Of a stretch of 64,000 nt of DNA, positions 54,313 to 64,000 are shown piece after piece (positions within the stretch are counted from its first letter, which is position 1; each line of letters begins with the position of its first letter). Source of the stretch: Gnetum montanum (taxonomy: Eukaryota > Plantae > Gnetophyta); the NCBI GenBank assembly GCA_015680685.1, contig MNCI01000381.1, positions 266,421 to 330,420 of the forward strand, given 5' to 3'. The notes below the pieces were generated by a model. That model did no database searches. It saw nothing but the letters and a program-made list of their open reading frames with translations, and was not told where the DNA came from. Position numbers and translations under genes: made by a program.

Positions 54313-57300
54313 CTTCTAGTCCTCAACCTTTTGGAAGATGAGGTCCATCTACATACATCGCTCCACCATCTCCCGTAGGACTACCACTTTGTCTTTAACG
54401 ACATGCCAATGGTGCCTACTCCATAGGCCTCTTGAGTTTCTCTCTAGCTATCCCTTTGGCCTCCATACGTCATTCTCTAGCATCCAATACACTAGCAGGA
54501 AATGTGAGGCTCACCATCATTAGTGTTGTCAAGAGACTCACATTGCCTAACATCAAGCTTCTCAATGGTGATGGATAATGTATCATCCATCCCCTCTAGT
54601 GGGTTTTGGGCCTACATTATTGGATAAATGTGCTTTATCTAAGGCGTAGAAAGTTGGCTTAGGTCTTGGAAAATCCATTACCCATTCATGTACACCACTA
54701 GAAACTCCAAAAACCTCTTCAAATAATCTGCAAAAAATGCAAAGTGCGGGTGGATTATCATAGAGGTGTCAGCATGGAGTCTAAGGATCTCCTCCTGAAC
54801 CCTAGAATCCAAAGAAACTACCTAGTCATATCTATTTTCCTTCATCAAGACCTTCTTAAAGGTCCACCCCTATGCTATACTAATTACCTTCTTTTGCAAT
54901 AATAGTTTGGGAAACACATAAGACCTGAACAAAGGATATGATTCCTTTAGATCAGGGTCCATGAAGCTATTCATCGAAATTCCAAAGTGATCCATGTTAG
55001 CACCAAGCCACTCTAGAACTTCATCACAATGGCTTGTTTCCCTTATTTTCCTAGTTGGAACCTTTGCCTCATTAGTAGTGACACCAAACAAGTCATGAAA
55101 GAAGCACGCACCTATGTCCATGCTCACCTTCACACCTTAGATTATGCTACTAAAATGACCAACCTTCTCATCAAAGGAGTTAATGACATGTAACATCTTC
55201 AAAGTAGGAGTGGAAGGGATAGGTGCCATGAATACATCGAGTAAACCTACATGCTAGATGTTTACTTGAACATACCTAAGCACCTATTCCCTTAACCACT
55301 CCTATGTTAATGTTACCTCACCAAACTTTAGGATGAGGGTATCCTCATGACGTGAACTTGAAAGTGGTATAGTACATCAGTTGAGGTGGAAGGTCCTATA
55401 AAGCAACAACCAAAGTTTAGCATCAACATAAGAAATTTTAACAACCAAGAAAAGTAATATAACACTTAAAGTTATAGCCATGAAACACTAGAAGCTATAG
55501 CCTTTACGCTTACCTTTCCTTTTCTTCTTCAGTGTGGTTTAAGTGAAGGTCCCAACTATAAGGGTCTAATCCATGCTATCAATGTCTACCCACTAGTTGT
55601 GCATCGTCCTATCATCCATACACTTCTTATATACAAGGTTAAATCTTGTGATGTATGCATCAAAGTCTCCTCTTAATTGTTGATACACAATAGTTCTAGT
55701 TTGAGGACTCTTGGTGAATTTGTCTAAAGTAATTTGAGTCACTACCAAGATTTGATTATTGATGATCAAACCCTGATCATTGACCTTGTACCTACAAGAA
55801 ATTTGTAAAATCAATGAAATTAGAAAAGGTAGTCAAGCTAAAACATAAAAGCATTGCAATAATCATGCTCACCCCTATAGATGATACATGTTGTTGGGTG
55901 GATTCTAAAGTAACATGTGGGCGCTATGTGCCACCATCAAAGTATTGTCAACATTATATTGACTATACTCTAGCATCACCTAGATATTTGTAAGGTAACA
56001 TGGGATTATGGCTTATTAGAAATGAATCTAAAAATTAGGTCAAATGCCCAAGGCAATAGGGTCTCCACTATAGCCCCAACTACATTTGTAGACAAGTGTG
56101 ACCATAGCATCATGCTAAAGTTCTTAAGGATGTAGGCAAGGAATTCCCTTGTCCTAGGTTAGAACCACAACAAGAGCTTTCCAAAAGGCATGTCATGCAG
56201 CGAGGTGTTGTTCTTGGATGACCAATGTAGCACAGGATACCCACCAACTCCACAATCATTAGGATAGGTCTCAAAAAGACCCTGCAAGAAGCAAAGCAAA
56301 AACATTATGACCAACTGGAATTACTTAGCAAATTTGGAAAAAACATCTAGTCAAAGGTGCAATTAGCATCTATAAAAAGCTATGGTGTTTATCTAAATTA
56401 GCTTAAGGAATTCACAAGAAAAAATTTTTACAACCTTGCATAGCCTTACATTATGGGATTACTTAAAAGATTTGAAAAAACATCTAGTCGGAGGTGTAAT
56501 TACCCTCTACAAAAAGCTCTAATATGTTTATCTAAATTAGCTTAAGGAATTCCATAAAAGCATTATTACTAGAACCAAAATATCACAACCAAAATGTTAT
56601 AGCCAAAACTAAATCTTGGTCTAAGTTATGCATAAATTTAGAAAATAGCATCTAAATTGTGCATAAATTTAGAAAAAGCAAGCACAAATATAGAAAAATG
56701 CATCATAAACTTAGAAAAAACCATGTAGCCATAGTAAAAGCTTGCTAAAAATAGAAAAAGCTTTTACTCTTATTAAAAAACAAAATTAAGCATTAGTTTT
56801 ACATATTGATAAAAGAAAAACATAAGTTATACATATCAACCACTTCCATTTCCAAATGGATAATGTGCTACAATCACAATTTTGTCTTGTTCACACAAGC
56901 ATAGCCAATAAATTCATTAAAAATTCATTTGGGCTCTAATTTTAGTAATTCCACCACAAAAAGAATCCTAAAATTATGAACCTTATAGCCATAACCATTA
57001 TAAGTGAAAATTTATAACCATATCTACATAAAACATAACCAAAAGTTAGCAAAAACAGTAGCCGTCAACATTAACCTCCTTTTGTGCAAGGTTAGGAAAA
57101 AATATGCCAAAAATTTATTTTAGCTCCAAACAAAGTGATTCCACCATTTTTTGAAAGCTTAAATCGAGATCTACACACCCATACTTATAAAAATTTAAAA
57201 CCTTTGTCGTTTATGTAGAAAAAATTCATCAATTTGGAAAATAATCCAAAAATGGCACAAACATCCTTATTACACATGCTTAGTAAAAAATTTGCAGAAA

Positions 57301-60300
57301 CCTGGTTTTAAGTACAATCAAAGTGATTCTATCGCTATTGAAAAACTAAATCCAATACCTACTCAGTCATAACTAGAAAATAGCCAAAAGCATTACCGTT
57401 TCCTTAGAGAAAATTCGTGAGATTACATGAAATTACAAAAATGGCATGAGAAACCTAACTACTCAATGTTAGGAAAACAACCATAACTTCATCATTTCAA
57501 GGATAAATTAAATGAGAAAATAGCCATTAGAAAGATTAAATAAAGGGCTATGAACCCATGGTATCAAATTTTTAAAATATGTAGCTACTTTTTTGAGAAA
57601 AAAATAGACAACTATGCTTGCTTTTCCATGCCCAAAACTTAAAAGATCTTCAAAACCTAGATTTTACATAGCCATGGAAACACAGTCAAAATAGCTGAAA
57701 TGATTAAAACACATTAAAATTAAAAAAAAATAATGAGATAGGATTTTTTAAAAATTTAATTTAAATAAATCCTAAGGCCTATATCTAAAACAAATGGCCC
57801 TATCCCAAAATTTTGAAAAAAAAAAGCATGAAACAACAAGCCCTATTTTCAAATTTGAATCTATAGAAGCTAAAACAATGAAATGACTATAGATATACAT
57901 GTAATCAGTCAAAATAGAAGGTTATATTTCATCAAAATTCCATTTTAATCCCTCCACTAGAGTAGATCTTGAAAAAATGGCTTCAACACATGGAAACAAA
58001 ACTAGAAAAACCATAGAAAACAAAGGCAAAAATAGTTAAAACTACCTGCCTTGGAGTGGCAACAGACGAGGCCTAGATGGAGATAGGCCTAGGAGCCTCT
58101 GAAAACTCCCCAAAATGCTCATCCATCTTTTGGATTGTAGGATTTCTGCTCTTTTCCCCATGCTACTTAGGTGCCATGGCAAGCTTAACACTGGGGAGGA
58201 TGGAAATTAAGAGAAAATAGGAATTCTACACTAGCTACAGGGGAGATGGGAGGCTTCCACGTTGAATATTGGTGTTTTCTACAATAAAAATCTTTGCTAG
58301 AGCTCTCTTCCAATGCGCTGATGGTGTATAATGATAGTTATGATCAAAACTTATAAAATTTCACATATAAACCTCACCTAAAACCTAAACGCACACCTTG
58401 AAACCCCAGCTACTAATTTACTGCACCATAACTCCAAGTGCACTAAAGTGCAAAGGGGGAAATGTCTAGTTTATGTTGATTTTTTTTGGGAAACAACTTC
58501 ACTTTTCAAAATTTTAAATTTTTAGATTATGGACCCCACCCTACACCTTCTCTCTTAACTAAAATTTGCATCAACATTGAGATTTTTTCTAATTTTGACA
58601 CTTAGAACCATATTGTAACCTTAACTCCCATGCATCCATGCTAGGGATACCATGCACACCATGGAAACATGCCTCCTATTTCATAGAGTTATTAAAATAC
58701 AACTATTTTGCTATTTTTAGTAACTAAAGCCTACCTTTTTTAACCTCGAGATTCCCAAAGTGGGTGAGACATGAATGAAGCTAAACACCATGGGTTTTCA
58801 CACTAAGGTAATAGTACCTAGCATGGAAGAAGTGGGGTAACATCCATTCTTACCCCCCACCCCCCCAAACATCCATCTAGCCCAAGTTTGACCCCGAGAT
58901 GGACCCACATGATCTAGAACCCATCCAAGCATCTTCAACAAGCTCAAAACCTCACCAAACTGAGTCAAAACTAGTCAAAACTAGTTGAAACTTTAGGATT
59001 TTGTGTTTCCACTTTGAGGGAGGCTTCATCCATGCTAAGCATCTCACCCTCAACATGGATAGATGGGGAAAAGCTAAAAATGACCTAAATAAACTACCTA
59101 GTAGCCATTTCTCAAAGCTCGGTGACCCCTAGACCCTATCAAAATCCTTTGGAGATTTTGAATGGCCTGAAAGTAGTAAAAAATTATACCAAGCTACCAT
59201 AACCCTCTCATTCACACTAGGGCCATCATGCATAGCATTGAAAAAAGAGGGGAGACTGCATGAGGCACTTATAAGCCTCCAAACTACTAAATCCTAGAAC
59301 CTAGTATTGATTGTCAACACCAACAACCCTAGAGGCTAACATGCATGATCAATTGGTTGTTGGTTTAGCCTAGATCTAACTTTCTTGGTTGGGGGAGGCC
59401 TCTTTCATGCTAGGAATTCTAGTCCCAACCTGGATAGAAGGGGGGAAGCCTGAAAACCCTCTCATAGCCTTCAAAATGACTAGATTTCAACGTTATACAC
59501 TCATGGCCAATACCAGTAACCTTGTGAACACTCATGCATAGCCTGATTTTATCATAATAGTTAAAAATTACTTTCCCCCCAATCTTCCACATTAAGCATG
59601 GAAGCCCTAGTGTCAAAAAAGGGGAAAACCAAAAATTTACTTAATAATCCTTAAAACAAGCAAAACTTGACATCAGGTATCAATAGTCGATGCCAGCAAC
59701 CTTCAAAGCCCACATGCATAGCCAAAAATGATAGAAAATGGTAAAAATAAAGGTCCCCAAGTTCTTACACACTAAGAGCCACCTCCTCCATGCTACTTAG
59801 TGTCAAAAAAATATGGAACTTTTGGGAACTTCAAACTAACCTCCAAAGACCTTGAACAAAACTAGAAAGCCCTGTATGTATCTTAGAATCTCATTTACAC
59901 ATCCTAAGACCTTTAGGACTATCAAAATCAATCAAAAGTGGCTATAAAGCCTTTCCATTTATTATCCCATATTAAGAATGAAGACCCCCATGTGGAAAAA
60001 TGGAGGAAGCCCAAAAGCCACTTAACAACTCTTGAAATAATTGAAGTTTGACACTAGGCATTGGTAACCAACACTACCAACCTCGAAGACCTACATGCAT
60101 GACCAGAAATGATGAAAAAAGCCAAAATCTACTTCCCCCTAGTCTTCCATGATAATGATACTATCCTCAACATGGAAAATATGGGGGAAGCTCAAAAAAC
60201 ATCTAGTAAATCTACAAACTAGCCAAACTTGAGCTCAAACCCTGGTGCTTGACCCCGACAACGCTAAAAGCATGCATGGATGAACAATTAAGGCTAAAAT

Positions 60301-62142
60301 TGGATCAAATTTTGGATTTATGGCTCTTCCATGCTAGGGATACATTCTTTCATGTTGAGCATAGTATCCCTAGCATGGAAACTAAAGAGGAAATTTCTTG
60401 AAACTTCTAAAAACCTCAAAATGATGTCAAATGACCTTACATTCACTTTAGAACCCTATTGGTATCCATTTGAGCCTTCAAACCTCAAGAAACTAATGTT
60501 CAATGGCCAAAATATGGTTCCCTCTAGTTTTCCATGTTGAGCTCCTTAGTCCAAGTGTGTAAAAAATGCGGGAAAGCTCAAAACCACTCAAGAATACTCA
60601 AAACTACCAAAGTTTGACATGGAGACACAACCCTTGACCTTGGCAACTCCAAAAGGTAATGTGCATAGTTTATTATGACTCAAATTGACCTAGATATAGG
60701 ATTCTTGCTCTATCTAAGCTAGGGAAGTTCCCTTCCGTGCTAGGCAATATGGAAATAAGGGGGGAAAGCTACTTTTCCACTTTTGATTACAAGATGACAC
60801 TCTTGGAAGCCAAAGATCTATGCTGGAAAATCCCAAGACCTCATAGCCTCAATATTTTACTTGTTTGACATCATTTCAACCTCCAAAATATATTCCCCTA
60901 GTTCTTCCATGTTTGAGTAACTTCCTCAATGTGGAAACAAGGGGAAGACCTTAGATGCCCTAAAACAGCCTCTAAATGTGCTCAAAATCAACCAAAAACT
61001 TGTAGAATCAAGGTCTATAGTTCTAGGAGCCTAGAAACATGGTCAATATGCTTTGAAACCACTCTAAATCCACAAAAAAAGTGTTCCCACATTCTTCCAC
61101 ACTAAGGATTAGTATGGAAAAAGGAGGAGAATCCATTTTAACATGTTTTAACACTCAAAATCAACTCAAATTGCCTCAAAATGAAGCTAGAGGATGCATA
61201 ACTTCCAGATCTTAATTTCAGTTGCTTGTTTGACCTCATTTGATCCTATTTTGGATAAGGTTCTAGTTTTCCATGATGAGCTATCTTTCTTCCACACTAG
61301 CCAACATGGAAATGAGGGAAGGGTCCAAAACCTTCCTTTTGGCGTTTACAGACCTTTGAAGTCCCCAATTTTGATGGATCTTGCCCTACACTACCTTGGG
61401 AAGGTCCTAGAACCTTAATTTTGTACCTATTAGCATCCCAAAACCTATTTTTCTTTAGTTTCCATACTGAGGGTGCTTGTTTTCACACTGAGCCCAGAGT
61501 GGAAGCCTCAAAATACTTGATTTTTGGGTCCAAATAGCCATGATTGATGCTCGAACTCACCTAATAGCCTTTTAGCCTTAAAGCATGGCCCACTAAGGCC
61601 TAAAAATGGCAAAAACAAACCATTTTTTATCTATATTGACCAAATTTTATCATATATAGCCTATATTGCTTGATTTTTGCCTTATTACATAGTATTTTGG
61701 CTTATTTTAGGACTTGTGTTGCATTTTTGATCCTGTTGACCTTCTATGGCCTTTATACAACCTTATGTGTTCTTTATTTTCCTTATTATAACTTTATATG
61801 CCTATGTTTGGTCTTTAAATGGTATCAAATAGTGGGGTTTGACCTTCCCTAACCACTGTTTGATACCATGTGACCATGGCCCACTAAGGCCTAAAATTGG
61901 CAAAATCATGACCTTTTTTGACCATTTGTAGCCTTCATCCTTATACTTTATTTTTTTTAACCTTGGGCTAACCTTTATTTGGCCCTTATTGCACTTTGCT
62001 TGCTTATTGTCACCCTATTAATGACCTTGGATAACCTTGTTTTCCTTAGATTTGCATGTATTCGCATATTTTTATAGCATTTCAGCATTATTTATTCACT
62101 TTTACCCATGTACCACTTAATATGCCTTTAGTTGACATGCAG

Positions 62143-64000
62143 GATCAAAGTATGGATACCTGGGAGCAAATATGCTTGCCTTTGTGTCTACATGAACCTC
62201 ACAGTGATGTTGAATGGTGTATCATCCCTGATTACCTAGATCTTAAGCCTAAGAGTCTTGTAGATCACATAGCCTCAATAGAAAAACTTCTAAAATGGCC
62301 TAAAAAGCTAGTTAAAACCCTTGACTTAGAGGTAGGTGACATAATCGAAGATTCTCTAGTTGAGGTTCTTGTCACAACACACAATGGTGAGGAGAACATG
62401 TTTAAACTAAGTTTCTCACTAGAACCTCAATATACTTAACATATCATCAAGGTCCTACAAAACAACATTAAGGCCTTTTCCTAGTCATATGAAGATATGC
62501 CAAGCCTAGATCCTTGTAGAAAAACATCATACTAGATCCCACCATTAGACCAATTAAGCAAAAAGTGTGTAAAATTAGACCTGATTTGGCCTTGGTAGTT
62601 TCATTAGGGCTACTGATTACATAGAATGGATGTCCAACATAGTGATAGTCCCTAATAAAATGGGAGTATCCATATTTACATTAATTTTTGAGACCTAAAT
62701 AAAGCAATCATCAAAGATGACTTCTCATTGCCTAGTATCGATCAACTTATCAATACTATGGCTGGACATGCCTTGTTGTCCTTTATGGATGGATTCTCAG
62801 GATATAACCAAATTTGGATCAACCTAGAACACCAACACGAGACAACCTTCATGATCCCATGGGGGACCTTTTGCTATACTATGATGTCATTTAGCCTTAA
62901 GAACGCCAGAGTGACCTATCAGTGAGCCATGACCTATATATTCAACAATTACATGCTAGGTTTGCTTAATGCTTACATAGATGGCATAGCTGTTAAGTCC
63001 AAGATATCCAATGACCATGCTAATGACCTAGACATTGTGCTTAAACAATGTCTCAAAATGAGCTTAGAATCAATCCTAAGAAGTGTGTCTTCAATGTCAA
63101 GACTAGTAAGATGCTAGGCTTTGTAGTCTTTGAAGCAGGGATACATGTTGATCCTAATAAGGTTAAGGTCATATCTAAATTAGCACCACCTACCAACCTC
63201 AAGAAGCTTCAAGGAGTACAAGGAATATTACAGTTTATTCATAGGTTTATCACTAGGCTTGCAAATAAGTTATAGCCCATGCAACATTTGCTAAGAAAAG
63301 GAGTTCACTATGAGTGAACAGCTCAATGCTAAGAGGCCTTTAAAAACCTTAAGTAAGAGTTGACACTACTGCTAACAGTCTATCCCCTGCAAGAGGGTAA
63401 ATTATTTTACATCTATCTTGCCATCTCTAATACATCCATTACCTTGCTACTCTATCAGAAACATGATGATGATGCAGAAATGCCTATATACTACCTTAGT
63501 CATGCATTAGCTACCCATGAGACCTAATATACTAAAGTGGAGAAGTATTATCTAGCGCTAGTCTTCTCCTTGAAGAAGTGGAGATACTACCTATTCAGAA
63601 GCCAAGTCAACGTCATTTTCAAGAACAACATACTCAGAGCCATAATGACCAACATCTATGAAAGAAGTTGTATAGCCTAATGGAAAGCCATAACTATAGA
63701 ATTTGACCTTCATTACATCTCTCAATCCTCAATGAAAGGTCAAGCTATAGCCATATAACTCACAGTTTGATGACCAAGCACTCATAGATCCTAAATCCCC
63801 TGATGAACACATTAACGTAGTTAGCCAAGTGCTCAAGGATTATGAAGCAATCATGCACTTTAATGGAGCTTCAACTACCCATGGGGCCAGTGCTACTACC
63901 ACATAACATTTTCATCTAGTAAAATCTAGCCCTTTGCCTATCATTTTAAGTTCCCATGTACCAACAACATAGTGGAGTATGAAGGTTTGACCAAAGGGAT
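62143..64000 (+). pseudogene. B2 RT - RNase H - additional RNase H
   Basis: LPSIDQL..AGHALLSFMDGFSGYNQI, MSFSLKNA..TYQ, AYIDG, LRINPKKCVF, PIYYLS, EFDL.YI, MKGQAIA, aRH start. Confidence 0.92.

Larger units (their letters stand above)
52760..58177 (-). pseudogene. Five-exon antisense accessory gene within B2 (~790 codons, decayed)
   Basis: Exons 58177-58046, 56281-55873, 55791-55514, 55395-52940 (minus solo LTR A3) and 52851-~52760; four GT-AG introns; includes ORFs 55593-55814 and 54870-55133. Confidence 0.7.
52108..62142 (+). other. Putative ~10-kb intron between PR and RT
   Basis: Donor AGG|GTGAAT in phase 0 with the PR frame; acceptor TGCAG|GAT in phase 0 with ORF 62056-62439; T-rich tracts inside both ends. 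Confidence 0.55.
44613..64000 (+). mobile_element. Tat/Ogre-like Ty3/gypsy element B2 (over 19 kb, runs off the window)
   Basis: TGTAAG terminus; gag-PR 48521-52107; RT-RH from 62143; additional RNase H after RH (MHFNGAS...PCTNNIVEYEGL, 63850-64000), the RT-RH-aRH order of Ogre/Retand. PBS and 5' LTR end not identified. Confidence 0.8.

Noticed and set aside
56336-56552. ~78-bp direct repeat in intron 1 of the antisense gene
   Set aside because: Ordinary local duplication with no termini or TSD.
58369-58392. Telomere-like AAACCT repeats
   Set aside because: Only two to three imperfect units.

Overview
Eukaryotic (land-plant) heterochromatic DNA with no host gene, RNA gene or CRISPR array. 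The window is a nest of old LTR retrotransposons that are strongly depleted in CpG/CHG and full of TAG/TGA/TAA stops, consistent with 5mC deamination. All coding regions are pseudogenised, and the long X-rich ORFs are assembly gaps. Reconstructed layers: two copies of a Tat/Ogre-like Ty3/gypsy family (B1 703-4835 minus; B2 44613-64000 plus); two related Athila-like elements (E1 ~4836-17040; E2 ~23100-43014); an unresolved 3.5-kb unit F (17041-20585) carrying Ty1/copia RT/RNase H, followed by an internally deleted Athila-like pol (G); two pol-less Sirevirus-like copia elements (D1 26009-38665 inserted in the E2 RT, D2 nested in the D1 5' LTR); family C LTRs; and three young CpG-rich family A LTRs, two of them solo LTRs with perfect TSDs. 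Most striking is B2: its protease and RT are separated by ~10 kb bounded by phase-matched splice signals (a giant Ogre-type intron), which contains a five-exon GT-AG gene on the opposite strand. The same family also shows an outward-facing TATA promoter at its 5' end. Family names are inferred from motifs by eye; no database search was run.
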